A stretch of 64,000 nucleotides of DNA from an uncultured delta proteobacterium (GCA_963712115.1 CAVQGX010000031.1:32001-96000), one strand, 5' to 3'. Positions 1-10,336 are shown, counted from the stretch's first letter. The notes: generated by a model from the letters alone, not told the origin. Translations and numbers: made by a program.

Positions 1-1
1 C

Positions 2-817
2 ATGGGTATCAACAAGGTTCGGCTTACAGGCGGAGAACCGCTCGTCCGTAAGGGAGTTGTTGACTTCTGTCGCCGTTTGACCAGAATCTCCGGTCTCCAG
101 AGTCTAAGCCTCACCACTAACGGAGTACTGCTGGAAGAACTTGGCCAGGACCTTTACGCTGCCGGTATCCGCCGGGTCAATGTTAGTCTAGACACTCTCC
201 AGCGTGAAAAATTTTTTCGCATCACCCGCAGTGATGAGTTCGATAGGGTCTGGCGCGGTATCCAGGCTGCCGAGCGAGTCGGGTTCAATCCAGTAAAAAT
301 AAATGTAGTGGTAATGCGGGGGATCAATGATGACGAGGTTCTGGATCTAGCGAGACTGAGCCTCAATCGCCCTTATCACATTCGCTTCATAGAGTTCATG
401 GCCATTAACAACGATAGCCAATGGACCCTCCAGCATTATTTTGGCGCCGATGAGATTTTGGCAAAGCTGCGCAAGGTGGGCTCGCTAGAGCAAGTGGTCG
501 CCCAGCACACCAACGGTCCTGCTCGCCATTACCGCTGGCCGGATGCGGCAGGCAAGATCGGCATAATAAGTCCAATCAGTCACCACTTCTGTCCCTCCTG
601 CAATCGAATACGCCTAACCGCCGACGGCAAATTGCGTAATTGTCTTTTTTCCGACCAGGAAGTGGACATTAAATCACCTCTCCGCCAAGGAGCGACAGAT
701 TCTGAGCTGTCTCAATTTCTCAGAGATTCTATTGTCAACAAGCCCGAAAAACATAGCCTCCAGGCTGACGTCTTCCGCAAATGTCAAAGCCGACCAATGG
801 TTGCCATAGGCGGTTAG
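2..817 (+). CDS. moaA: GTP 3',8-cyclase (molybdenum cofactor biosynthesis), 5'-truncated by window edge
   Basis: VRLTGGEPL, C-terminal FCxxCNRIRLTADG..C cluster motif and terminal IGG; N-terminal CxxxCxxC lies outside the window. Confidence 0.95.
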   Translation: MGINKVRLTGGEPLVRKGVVDFCRRLTRISGLQSLSLTTNGVLLEELGQDLYAAGIRRVNVSLDTLQREKFFRITRSDEFDRVWRGIQAAERVGFNPVKINVVVMRGINDDEVLDLARLSLNRPYHIRFIEFMAINNDSQWTLQHYFGADEILAKLRKVGSLEQVVAQHTNGPARHYRWPDAAGKIGIISPISHHFCPSCNRIRLTADGKLRNCLFSDQEVDIKSPLRQGATDSELSQFLRDSIVNKPEKHSLQADVFRKCQSRPMVAIGG

Positions 818-920
818 GTGGGATCTTTCTTTCCTTCCCCCGTTGACTCAGAGTTTTTTCCGTTCTAGAATCGGCTTGTATTTTCCTTCTTTCTAAGATA
901 ATCCCTTGCGGAAACTGACT

Positions 921-2009
921 ATGACCGATTCCAGCCCTCTCCATCAGGCCCTACTTGAAGCAATTCTCCAGTCAATCCCTCACGGTCTAGTCCTGTTTGA
1001 GCCCTCAGGACAAATGCTGTTTGCCAACAATTTTGCCGAGCAGCTATTCGGATTCCGGCCGGGCGAGTGCCGCAACCATGCGATCTCCTCCCTATTTTTG
1101 GAGGATGACTACGATATCTTTCTGCCCAACATAATAAAACTCACCTTGGACAAGGGAAGCTTTGAGGGTGAGGCTCTTCTCCGGGACCGCAAAGACCAAA
1201 AGTTTTTCGCCTATCTCACCACCTTCCTTTACCGCGGTAGTGACAAGGATGTTATTGTTTTAACCATTCAGGATATTGGAACCCTAAAAACTCTCCAGCG
1301 CGAGTCCATTGAAACGGAGCGGGTGCGCTCCATGGCAAAAGTGGTGGATCAGATGGCTCATCACATCCGCAACCCAATAGCTGCAATTGGTGGATTTGCC
1401 GCCCGCTTGCTCAAAAAGGGTGTGGACGAAAAAGACAGACAGCTCTATAAGGAAATCATTTATCAAGAGGCCAGCCGGTTGGACAATCTGCTCAGGAACC
1501 TGGCCAGTTTCACCACGCTGCCCCTCCCCACTATGACAGAAGATAATTTCGACAACCTTTTGAAACGATCTATGGATAAGATTCCGGACGCTTTACTGGC
1601 ATCAGCCTCGGATTGGCATGCACCTCCTAGGGAAGAGCTTCTCTCGCTCCGCGCCTTTATGGATGTGGAAATCCTCGCCCAATGCTTAGCCAACATATTC
1701 ACCAATGCCTTAGAATCAGGAGATCCAAGTGTGGTGATCAATTTTCATGCGGCCGAGAGGGAAGAACGCATCCAATTTAGCGTAAGTGACAACGGCCGCG
1801 GGATCAAACCGGAGAATCAACCCCTCGTTTTTGACCCTCTTTTCACCACAAAAAATGAGCACGTGGGTCTCGGCCTCACAATAAGTCAAAGAATCATTCA
1901 CGATCACGGCGGAACTATTGAGATTGAGAGCGAAGTCGGGAAGGGAACTACGGTTACCTTGGAGATGCCGCGGGAGAAGCGCAGACCGATTAGGGTAAGG
2001 CGGCTGTAG
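921..2009 (+). CDS. PAS-domain sensor histidine kinase
   Basis: PAS-like N-terminus, H-box (AHHIRNPIAAIGG), N/G1/F/G2 boxes (NALES, DNGRG, FDPLFTTK, GLGL); ATG 921 preferred over TTG 906. Confidence 0.9.
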   Translation: MTDSSPLHQALLEAILQSIPHGLVLFEPSGQMLFANNFAEQLFGFRPGECRNHAISSLFLEDDYDIFLPNIIKLTLDKGSFEGEALLRDRKDQKFFAYLTTFLYRGSDKDVIVLTIQDIGTLKTLQRESIETERVRSMAKVVDQMAHHIRNPIAAIGGFAARLLKKGVDEKDRQLYKEIIYQEASRLDNLLRNLASFTTLPLPTMTEDNFDNLLKRSMDKIPDALLASASDWHAPPREELLSLRAFMDVEILAQCLANIFTNALESGDPSVVINFHAAEREERIQFSVSDNGRGIKPENQPLVFDPLFTTKNEHVGLGLTISQRIIHDHGGTIEIESEVGKGTTVTLEMPREKRRPIRVRRL

Positions 2010-2024
2010 GCGCTAAGCGCATAG

Positions 2025-2222
2025 CGTCATGGCCTAAGGCTATGCACGCAAACCGTACGGGTCATTTGGCCACTAAATGTGGCCGTCAATACGCTACGCT
2101 GTCATTCACAGTTCACTGTCATTGTGGCGCTGAAACAACTTAATGACGGCCGTAAGGCCAAATGACGGCAAAGCCTATTGACAGCGAAGTGCAATAGCTC
2201 GGAGCGTAATGACCTAATGACC
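2025..2222. repeat. Mirror array of GTCATT...AATGAC units separated by short GGCC hairpins
   Basis: About five GTCA(T/A)T units followed by five A(A/T)TGAC units; related copy at 26398-26515. Confidence 0.75.
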
Positions 2223-2246
2223 GTAGTGTGCTGGCTGAACCAGGCT

Positions 2247-2831
2247 TCAATCCGCCCCAGGACCTACTGTGAGGTATGACTGTAGCCGGTCGACCGTGGC
2301 CGGTCCTATTCCTTTTACCTCGCAGAGATTCTCTAACTTGGTGAATCCGCCCCTACGGACCCTCAAAGCCACAATAGCATCCGCCAACTTGTCATTGATG
2401 CCAGGCACTTGGCTCAACTCAGTTACAGAGGCCTGGTTTATATCCAGTGGCACTCCCAGAGCCAGACGGATGGGCACCGCCATCCATCCCAGTTTAAAAC
2501 TGGTGGCACCGCTAGGTTTAGTTATAATTTGAATTCTCCTACCGTTTCCTGTCTGAAACTTACCCCATGCCAATTCGTCTGAACGGTTTAACGGAGATAG
2601 TGGTCCTCCAGCCCGCGCTACCGCCTGAGCTACTGTGACCGTTTGATCGAAGGAGTATATTCCTGGACTTTTTACCTTCCCGGCCACTTGGACGAAGACG
2701 TATTTAGTGGAGAGTTGAGGGGATTTCCTGGACCTGCCATGCTGGCCATAACGACTCCAGCCGTAGACAGACAGCAGCGCCAATGACACCAATAAAACAA
2801 TCAGCGCCTGAGAGCGAGAGAAAGACTTCAT
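2247..2831 (-). CDS. comEA: ComEA-family DNA-binding protein (TM anchor, SLBB, helix-hairpin-helix)
   Basis: VQVAGKVKSPGIY SLBB motif; DINQAS..EL..VPGI....A..I and VKGIG HhH motifs. Confidence 0.85.
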   Translation of the reverse strand: MKSFSRSQALIVLLVSLALLSVYGWSRYGQHGRSRKSPQLSTKYVFVQVAGKVKSPGIYSFDQTVTVAQAVARAGGPLSPLNRSDELAWGKFQTGNGRRIQIITKPSGATSFKLGWMAVPIRLALGVPLDINQASVTELSQVPGINDKLADAIVALRVRRGGFTKLENLCEVKGIGPATVDRLQSYLTVGPGAD

Positions 2832-2986
2832 TTAACCTAAGGGATCAGGGCTCCTGCCGTTAGCAGGACACCAAAGGTTTAGCCTGCAGAAGACAACACC
2901 TTGGAGTAATTGATTGTCAGAGTAGAAAAAACGCTTCTCGAATTTTTGCTAAAGGGTGGTCTGAATCAAAGCGTGGATTTTCACTC

Positions 2987-4564
2987 TTATCGCCTGTTCT
3001 CGTCCTTGAACATCTTATAGTTAATGCTATCCACCAGGGCCAGCCAACTTGCCTCAAGGATGTTTTCCGAAACTCCCACCGTGCCCCAGATGTTGTCCTT
3101 ATCTACAGACTCTATGAGTACCCGGACCTTGGCGGCGGTTCCTTCCTTGCCCGGCAAAACTCTTACTTTGTAGTCATTGAGTCTCATGTGGGAGAGCTCG
3201 GGATAGAACTTCTCCAGAGCCTTACGCAAGGCATTGTCCAGGGCATTTACCGGCCCCACACCTGTAGCAGCTGTGTGCTCCACTTTCCCTCCCACCTTGA
3301 CCATTACCGTAGCCTCAGACTCAGAAGGTTGGGCTTCATCAGTTTTGGATACGAGGACCCTGAAGCCCACGAATTCAAAGTACCGCTTCACCCTTCCAAG
3401 GGCGCGGTTCAACAAGAGCTCAAAAGACCCTTCCGCCGCCTCATATTGAAATCCCTCGTGCTCAAGCTGTTTGAGCTCTTCCAGGACCTGCATGGCAACG
3501 GGATCTTTGCTGGAGATCTCAATGCCGTATTGCTCTGCCTTTTGTTTTATGGTGCTGCGACCAGAAAGGTCTGACACCAGAACACGCCGTCGATTGCCAA
3601 CCAACTCAGGGTGCATGTGTTCATAGGTTTCCGGATTGCGCTCAACTGCAGCCACGTGTATCCCACCCTTGTGGGCAAAGGCACTCCTGCCCACATAAGG
3701 CTGGTACCTGAATGGCCGAATATTAGCCAACTCGAGGATGTACCGAGAAGTCTCACGCAGTCGAGTGAGTTGTTCATCTGTGATGCAATCTAGCTTTAGT
3801 TTCAACTTAACAGCCGGGATAATGCTACACAAATTGGCATTGCCACAGCGCTCCCCCACCCCGTTCATGGTGCCTTGCACTTGGTTTGCGCCCAGCGCCA
3901 CGGCCGCCAACGAGTTGGCTACAGCCAACTCAGAGTCGTTATGGGTGTGGATGCCAAGGTCTGTTTTGGGAAATTCCTTCTTGACCCGCTTGATGATCTT
4001 CTGCAGGTCTGTGGTCAGGGTTCCGCCATTGGTGTCGCAAAGGACCAGGCAATCAGCCCCTCCCTCCAGTGCAGCCTTGAGGGTAGTAAGGGCATATTCG
4101 GGATCAGCTTTGAAGCCATCAAAAAAGTGCTCGGCATCATAGATGAGCTTCCATATCTTTGGTCGCACGTAAGCCAGGGAGTCGCGAATGATCTCAACAT
4201 TGCGCTCCAGAGTCGTTCGCAGCGCGTCCCTCACATGGACGTTCCAACTCTTGCCAAAGATGGTAATCACCTCCGTTTTTGCATTGAGGAGAGCGCCCAA
4301 GTTGCGGTCTTTTTCCGCCGAGGAACGAGGATTGTGGGTGCTGCCAAAGGCTGCAACTTTAGAGGTTTTCAGATCGTAGTTTTTGATTTCCTTGAAATAG
4401 GCAACATCTTTTGGATTTGAACCGGGCCATCCACCTTCGATATAGTGTATCCCCAATTCGTCGAGCTTCTTGGAACAACGAATTTTATCTTCCAGGGAAA
4501 GGTTAAAGTCCTCAGCCTGGGTCCCGTCTCTCAATGTGGTGTCATATATTTCTATTTTACGCAT
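2987..4564 (-). CDS. cimA: Citramalate synthase
   Basis: YDTTLRDGTQAE, IEGGWPGSNPKD, GIHTHND, GERCGNA, AFAHKGGIH, GPVNALD. Confidence 0.93.
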   Translation of the reverse strand: MRKIEIYDTTLRDGTQAEDFNLSLEDKIRCSKKLDELGIHYIEGGWPGSNPKDVAYFKEIKNYDLKTSKVAAFGSTHNPRSSAEKDRNLGALLNAKTEVITIFGKSWNVHVRDALRTTLERNVEIIRDSLAYVRPKIWKLIYDAEHFFDGFKADPEYALTTLKAALEGGADCLVLCDTNGGTLTTDLQKIIKRVKKEFPKTDLGIHTHNDSELAVANSLAAVALGANQVQGTMNGVGERCGNANLCSIIPAVKLKLKLDCITDEQLTRLRETSRYILELANIRPFRYQPYVGRSAFAHKGGIHVAAVERNPETYEHMHPELVGNRRRVLVSDLSGRSTIKQKAEQYGIEISSKDPVAMQVLEELKQLEHEGFQYEAAEGSFELLLNRALGRVKRYFEFVGFRVLVSKTDEAQPSESEATVMVKVGGKVEHTAATGVGPVNALDNALRKALEKFYPELSHMRLNDYKVRVLPGKEGTAAKVRVLIESVDKDNIWGTVGVSENILEASWLALVDSINYKMFKDENRR

Positions 4565-4608
4565 GGGTTCTTTCCTGTCCTTTTTATTGGTGCAATTTAT
4601 CCATCGTT

Positions 4609-4665
4609 CCTTTCTGAGTTGCTGGAATGCCTAAAGTGTCTAAAATGATCAAAAATGTCTAAAAT
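4609..4665. repeat. Degenerate 9-10 bp CTAAA(A/G)TG(T/C) tandem array
   Basis: gcctaaagtgtctaaaatgatcaaaaatgtctaaaatt; reverse-complement copy at 6945-6980 and another at 39290-39350. Confidence 0.7.
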
Positions 4666-4865
4666 TATAAAGGCACATTGCTACATGAGATTTGATCAAA
4701 AGAGCCTTCGCCACGTCTCCTTTTCTCCGCCTTCCCGCGCCGGCACGCTTTGCCTAGTGCCCAGTATTTACTGCCTGCTGCCCGCTGCGCCCTCACGTCC
4801 CTCGCCTTGGGCGCAAAAGAGAGTGTAACTCATGGGAACACGTTATTAAACAATCAACCCCCATC

Positions 4866-6107
4866 CTACTCCGGGATCTCGTGTTGCAACGGTTGATCCA
4901 ACTCAAAGGCATCGTGCAGAACCTGTACCGCCTTCGCCGTTTGTCGATCCTCAATCACGCAGGAGACCTTTATCTCCGAAGTACTGATCATGTGAATATT
5001 GATATTCTCGTTGCCCAACACCTGGAACATTTTAGCGGCAACACCGGCATGGTGGCGCATGCCCACACCTATGACAGAGATTTTGGCGATATTTTCATCG
5101 CTGGAGATCTGCAGATCTTTCCACTCTTTTTTCATCCCCTCCAGGACACGTATAGCTGCCTGGCGATCCAAGCGCGGCACAGTGAAGCTCAGGTTGGCCA
5201 GCTTAGTGTCGCCAGTGCTCCCCTGAATGATCATATCCACCACGATCCCTTCACTGGCGATCTCAGTAAATATCCTCGCTGCAACGCCGGGCACGTCAGG
5301 CAACCCTGCCAGAGTTATGCGGGCATCACCCTTGCTGTAGGCGACCCCTGAAACCAGCACTTGTTCCATGGACTTATCCTCCTTCACCACCATGGTGCCA
5401 GGCTCGTCCACAAAGGAAGATCGGACATGAACGGGCACATTATATTTCTTGGCAAATTCCACCGAGCGGATGTGCAGCACCTTGGCCCCCATACTGGCCA
5501 TCTCCAGCATCTCATCGTAGGAAATGCGCTGCAGTTTTCTCGCTTTGTGGTAAATATTCGGATCAGTGGTATAGACGCCTGCCACGTCAGTGTAGATTTC
5601 ACAGACATCAGCGGCCAAGGCTGCAGCCACCGCCACAGCCGTGGTGTCTGAACCTCCCCGGCCGAGGGTGGTAATGTTACCTCTCTCATCTAAACCCTGA
5701 AAACCGGCTATAACCGGAATACAACCCTTGTATATATTGTGCCAGATGGGTTCTGTACGAATCTCACTTATGCGTGCGCGGCCATAGGCCCTATCTGTGT
5801 AGATACGGGCCTGATGGCCCAATAGGGACTGGGCCTCATATCCCATGTACTTTATGGCGATACTAAACAAAGCAATAGTAACCTGCTCGCCCGTGGCGAG
5901 GAGCACGTCCTGTTCCCGGGGGTCCGGTTCCTCGGCCATCTGATGGGCCAACCCAATAAGCCTGTCTGTCTCTCCGGCCATAGCAGAGAGCACCACTACT
6001 ACATCATCGCCGGCCTCGCGGGTCTGTATGACGCGCTTGGCCACCGCCTTAATTCTTTCCGGGTCGGCCACCGAAGTGCCCCCGTATTTTTGAACAATGA
6101 GCGCCAT
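4866..6107 (-). CDS. lysC: Aspartate kinase
   Basis: [33 protein letters not shown], two ACT domains ([10 protein letters not shown]). Confidence 0.96.
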   Translation of the reverse strand: MALIVQKYGGTSVADPERIKAVAKRVIQTREAGDDVVVVLSAMAGETDRLIGLAHQMAEEPDPREQDVLLATGEQVTIALFSIAIKYMGYEAQSLLGHQARIYTDRAYGRARISEIRTEPIWHNIYKGCIPVIAGFQGLDERGNITTLGRGGSDTTAVAVAAALAADVCEIYTDVAGVYTTDPNIYHKARKLQRISYDEMLEMASMGAKVLHIRSVEFAKKYNVPVHVRSSFVDEPGTMVVKEDKSMEQVLVSGVAYSKGDARITLAGLPDVPGVAARIFTEIASEGIVVDMIIQGSTGDTKLANLSFTVPRLDRQAAIRVLEGMKKEWKDLQISSDENIAKISVIGVGMRHHAGVAAKMFQVLGNENINIHMISTSEIKVSCVIEDRQTAKAVQVLHDAFELDQPLQHEIPE

Positions 6108-6340
6108 TAGGCTGACTCCAAAAGAGCAGTAGAATCCGAAACTAAAATATTCCGGTTGGAGGATTTATAAATTCAACTAAATCTAACTTACGAAATTATA
6201 AAGATGACCCATACCTGAGGAAGTGTCAATGGAAAAAAGGCGGGAAGGATATCAGAATTTTGCCAATTAATGTCCTATGAAATTGAGGTATTGCACATTC
6301 ACCATCTCTATTCCAATAAAAGTTGGAATCTCTAAATTCC

Positions 6341-6838
6341 TCAATCCCTAAATTCCTCAATTAAACTGGCTAGGCGCGAGGCCGAGCCGTCCCCAAAGGC
6401 AGAGAAGGCAATGTTTCTTTCCACTTCGCCCAGAAATGTCAAGTGAACTTCCAGTCTCTCCGCCGGTAGATCTCCACCTAGCCTTTCAGCCCATTCAATT
6501 GCTACTGCTCCTCGCCCGTAAAGAATCTCCTCGAGCCCTAGTTCCGAGAACTCGGCACGGTCGCTCACTCGATATAAATCCAGGTGATAAAAGGGGACTC
6601 TACCCGGATATTCGTTTATGATGGCAAAGGTTGGGCTGGTAATATAGAAAGTCTTCGGAACCCCTAACCCGCGAGCCAGTCCCTGAGAGAAAAGGGTTTT
6701 CCCGCTGCCTAATTCCCCTACCAAGGCAACTACATCTCCGGGCTGAAGTAATAGTCCTAGTCGCTCGGCAAGAGACTGAGTTGCTTCCGGGCTTTCGCTG
6801 CGCCTTTCCCAAGTGCGTAGCGGTTTATCTTCTCTCAT
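6341..6838 (-). CDS. tsaE: tRNA threonylcarbamoyladenosine biosynthesis ATPase
   Basis: GELGSGKT P-loop, TSPTF, YHLDLYR, IEWAE. Confidence 0.95.
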   Translation of the reverse strand: MREDKPLRTWERRSESPEATQSLAERLGLLLQPGDVVALVGELGSGKTLFSQGLARGLGVPKTFYITSPTFAIINEYPGRVPFYHLDLYRVSDRAEFSELGLEEILYGRGAVAIEWAERLGGDLPAERLEVHLTFLGEVERNIAFSAFGDGSASRLASLIEEFRD

Positions 6839-6969
6839 CGACTCTGGTGATCCTTAGTAAGCGAACTAGGCACAAGACAGAGTGGAACGACGCGGGGATG
6901 CGGCGGGAGTTCTTCTCAACTATTCTATTGTAGCTAGGTGTATTTATAATTTTAGACATTTTAGGCACT

Positions 6970-8541
6970 TTAGACACTTTTCTTTACTTGCTGTTCGGCC
7001 AATGATTTGAGGACAACCGGTATCTCCAGCAGCAGATCCGTTGCCAGCATACCCCGATCACCATACCGCCTGGCTAAGCGATCGGCCGCCTTACCATGGC
7101 AGTAGACACCCGCGCAGGCCGCGTCAAAGGGCGAAAGTCCCTGAGCCAAAAAGCCGGCGATCAAGCCGGTAAGTACGTCTCCTGTGCCGCCGCTGGCCAG
7201 ACCGGGATTGCCGCTGCTATTTATTGCCAGTCTACCTTTAGGGCCTCCAATTAAGGTTCTGGCTCCCTTGAGTACAAGAGTTACCCCATATTGCTCGCTA
7301 AAGGACTGCACCAGAGAAAGCCTTTCATTCTGAACTTCCTCAGCACTACGTTTCACCAGACGTCCCATCTCGCCCGGGTGAGGTGTCAAGATCACCGGTG
7401 CCCTTGCTTTCTTAAGTGCATCTAGACGATCTACCAGTGCATTAATCCCGTCGGCATCGATGACAATGGGGCACGGGCAGTGCTCCACTAGGTCCAGTAC
7501 CACCTCCACCGACTCTTTATCGACGGAGAGCCCTGGCCCTAGAGCCAGGGCTTGCTTGCCCTTGAGTAGTGCGTGCAACCGGGGCAAAGCTGCGGTACCA
7601 ACAGTCTGATCGGCCGTTTCGGCCAAGGGCTCAGTCATAACCTCTGTGAGCTTCATCTCCATTAAGCCGTGGAGGGAAGTGGGCACCGCAAGGGTCACCA
7701 AACCGGCGCCGGCTCGTGCCGCACCCAGTCCGGCCATGGCACCAGCTCCCGTTTTTCCTACTGAACCGCCCACAACCAGGACATGACCAAAGGAACCTTT
7801 GTGACTAGCAAGAGATCTGGACCGCAAAAGGGGAGCAAGATCGCTTGCTTCCAACCAGAGCCTTGGCGGCTCAGCAGCCTCCGTAACACTTCTCGGTAGA
7901 CCAATGTCAACCACCTCCAGATGACCCACGTAGTCACAGCCTGGGGTTACAAGTTGACCTACCTTGGGCAGGCCAAAGGTAGCAGTCACTGTGGCCTGTA
8001 TACAGGCTCCCAATGGAACACCGCTGGTGGCACTCAGCCCGGAGGGCAAATCCACCGCGAGCACCGGCCGCTCCAGCTGGTTAACCTGTTCTATGACTTC
8101 CCTGTAGAGTCCTCGCACAGGAGCATTTAGTCCGGTTCCGAGGATAGCATCCACCAAGAGGTCGGCTTTCGCCAATTTTCTCTTCAGCCCGGTAAGGGAT
8201 TTGTTGTCGGTGTACTCCTCCATTTGAACGCCGAGTTTCTCAGCAATCTCCAGATTTACCTTGGCGTCACCTCTGTAGCTCTTCCCCTTTTTTAGGAGGT
8301 ATACGGTGACAGCCACTCGTTGTTGCCAGAGATGACGAGCAATAACAAAGCCATCACCCCCGTTATTGCCTCCGCCGGCCAGCACCGCCACTTGTTTCCC
8401 CCCGAGATCGGGAAAGTAGCGCCACATGACCTCGGTGGCGCCGCGACCGGCATTCTCCATTAAAACAACACCAGGGATGCCTATGACTTCAATGGCGGTG
8501 CGATCCATTTCTGCCATTTCTTCAGCTGTCACCGCTCGCAT
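6970..8541 (-). CDS. nnr: Bifunctional NAD(P)H-hydrate epimerase/dehydratase
   Basis: LMENAG, GGGNNGGDG, VDAILGTG, HKGSFG, TPHPGEM, LASGGTGDVL. Confidence 0.95.
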   Translation of the reverse strand: MRAVTAEEMAEMDRTAIEVIGIPGVVLMENAGRGATEVMWRYFPDLGGKQVAVLAGGGNNGGDGFVIARHLWQQRVAVTVYLLKKGKSYRGDAKVNLEIAEKLGVQMEEYTDNKSLTGLKRKLAKADLLVDAILGTGLNAPVRGLYREVIEQVNQLERPVLAVDLPSGLSATSGVPLGACIQATVTATFGLPKVGQLVTPGCDYVGHLEVVDIGLPRSVTEAAEPPRLWLEASDLAPLLRSRSLASHKGSFGHVLVVGGSVGKTGAGAMAGLGAARAGAGLVTLAVPTSLHGLMEMKLTEVMTEPLAETADQTVGTAALPRLHALLKGKQALALGPGLSVDKESVEVVLDLVEHCPCPIVIDADGINALVDRLDALKKARAPVILTPHPGEMGRLVKRSAEEVQNERLSLVQSFSEQYGVTLVLKGARTLIGGPKGRLAINSSGNPGLASGGTGDVLTGLIAGFLAQGLSPFDAACAGVYCHGKAADRLARRYGDRGMLATDLLLEIPVVLKSLAEQQVKKSV

Positions 8542-8546
8542 TCTCT

Positions 8547-8924
8547 CTATCCTTCAAGCAAGACTACCGCAAGAGCCGAGTCGCGTTCATCCGAGAGACT
8601 CAACCAGGTTCTCTTAGCTTCCATGGCCTTCAGCAATTTCTGGGCCTGATTGTGCAATTGCAGACCTGGTTTTCCAAGATGATCTTGCACAACTTCAATG
8701 TCACGCCAGCGTAGACCTTCTCGCATACCTAACCCCAAAGCCTTGGCGAAAGCCTCTTTGGCGGCGAAGCGAGACGCCAGGCATTGTGCCGGTCGGGCTC
8801 GTTGCCTACAGCGTTCGATCTCAGCTGAAGTAAAAATACGCTTAAGGAAACGAGAACCCCAGCGCTCTACCGCCTGCTCCATACGGTGTATATTGACTAT
8901 GTCAACACCGATGCCTTTAATCAT
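8547..8924 (-). CDS. acpS: Holo-ACP synthase
   Basis: MIKGIGVDIV, RFAAKEAFAKALG, LSLSD; ATG at 8924 overlaps pdxJ stop (ATGA). Confidence 0.95.
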   Translation of the reverse strand: MIKGIGVDIVNIHRMEQAVERWGSRFLKRIFTSAEIERCRQRARPAQCLASRFAAKEAFAKALGLGMREGLRWRDIEVVQDHLGKPGLQLHNQAQKLLKAMEAKRTWLSLSDERDSALAVVLLEG

Positions 8925-9664
8925 GGGCCAGTCCGCCGCCAACCAGCGCCCCAGTTGATCAATTCCACCATCTCGCGAACAGCTCGTTCAAAACCAACTA
9001 GCACTGCCCGAGCAACAATGGCGTGGCCGATGATGAACTCTTCGATTTCCGCAAGATCCACCAACCAACCAATGTTACTATGGTCCAATCTGTGACCCAC
9101 ATTTACTCCTAGTCCTACTTTATGGGCCAGTTTTACCGCGTTTTGAATCCGGTCAAATTCTTCCTGTCTATCAGTGAGGGTACGGGCTTCACAAAAAGAA
9201 CCTGCGTGCACTTCTATGTAATCCGCCTCTACCCACTGGGCCGCTTTTATTTGATCCAGGTCAGGGTTGATGACAAGGCTCACTGTGATGTCAGCGTCCT
9301 TAAAAAGTCTAACGTACTTCTTCAGATTTTCCCTGTTTAGCTGAACCTCAAGCCCGCCTTCAGTTGTGAGCTCTTCCCTTCTCTCAGCTACCAGGGTGAC
9401 CATGTCTGGTTTTACGCTCAAGGCAGTCTTGAGCATCTCTTGCGTTGCAGCCATCTCCAGGTTCAATTTGGTCTTCACCGTCTGTCTGAGAAGGTGCAGA
9501 TCACGATCCTGGGTATGCCGCCGATCTTCGCGCAAGTGCACCACAATTCCATGGGCTCCCGCGAGTTCAGCCAAGGCCGCGGCGGTTACCGGATCTGGTT
9601 CCGCCGTTCGGCGCGCTTGCCTCAATGTAGCCACATGATCCACCTTCACTGCCAACTTAGCCAC
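8921..9664 (-). CDS. pdxJ: Pyridoxine 5'-phosphate synthase homologue with atypical active-site residues
   Basis: DHVATLRQAR, HLREDRRH, NLEMA, TTEGGL, IGHAI; GTG start after GGAGG. Confidence 0.9.
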   Translation of the reverse strand: MAKLAVKVDHVATLRQARRTAEPDPVTAAALAELAGAHGIVVHLREDRRHTQDRDLHLLRQTVKTKLNLEMAATQEMLKTALSVKPDMVTLVAERREELTTEGGLEVQLNRENLKKYVRLFKDADITVSLVINPDLDQIKAAQWVEADYIEVHAGSFCEARTLTDRQEEFDRIQNAVKLAHKVGLGVNVGHRLDHSNIGWLVDLAEIEEFIIGHAIVARAVLVGFERAVREMVELINWGAGWRRTGP

Positions 9665-9725
9665 GCCTATCACCTCCTACCCGTAGGTCAGTCGTTCCGC
9701 CTAAGGCGGATCCAATGCCTAAAGA

Positions 9726-9862
9726 CGCATAGCGCATAGAGCATAGCGCAAAGAGTAAAATCCTGTAAATGGTAAATGGTAAATAGTTGCAGAATAGATC
9801 CGTTTATCGTTCACCTTTTACTGTTCACCAAACGCTATGCGCTTGGCGCTCTGCGCCTTGCT
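9726..9862. repeat. Two-layer mirror heptamer array
   Basis: (GCATAGC)-like x4, (GTAAATG) x3, short core, (CGTTCAC)-like x4, (CGCTATG)-like x4. Confidence 0.8.
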
Positions 9863-9901
9863 GCGAACACAGTGAGCTGACAACGGAATATATGGACAGT
9901 G

Positions 9902-10336
9902 TTAGTCGAGTATCGCCAGGAGTTCTGAGCTTCGCTGCTCCATTTCACGGGCTGCACCCTCCCCTCCTTCGTGATCTAAACCCACTAAGTGTAAAATTCC
10001 ATGAACTAGAAGACGAGAGATCATATTGTCGAGGGAAATACCCGCCTCTTCGGCCTCCCGCTGGGCTGTAGGAAGGGAAATTATAACGTCACCGAGGAGC
10101 TCGGGAGAAATGTCACCAAACTCCCCCTCACGCATTGCAAAGGCAAGAACATTGGTGGAGCCTCGGCGGTTTCTGTACTTCTTGTTGAGCGAAGTCATCT
10201 GCTCATCATCCACCAAGACAATGCTCAGTTCACTCTCATAACATGCCAAGGCGCTTAAGATCTTCCTCGCCTTCGTCTTTATCTTCTCGAGCTCCGTTGC
10301 GATCTCGTTTTGTTGGTCGTTGACCTGGATCTCCAT
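9902..10336 (-). CDS. ybeY: rRNA maturation endoribonuclease YbeY
   Basis: LNKKYR, TNVLAF, LGDVIIS, HGILHLVGLDH zinc motif; likely start MEIQ at 10336. Confidence 0.93.
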   Translation of the reverse strand: MEIQVNDQQNEIATELEKIKTKARKILSALACYESELSIVLVDDEQMTSLNKKYRNRRGSTNVLAFAMREGEFGDISPELLGDVIISLPTAQREAEEAGISLDNMISRLLVHGILHLVGLDHEGGEGAAREMEQRSSELLAILD

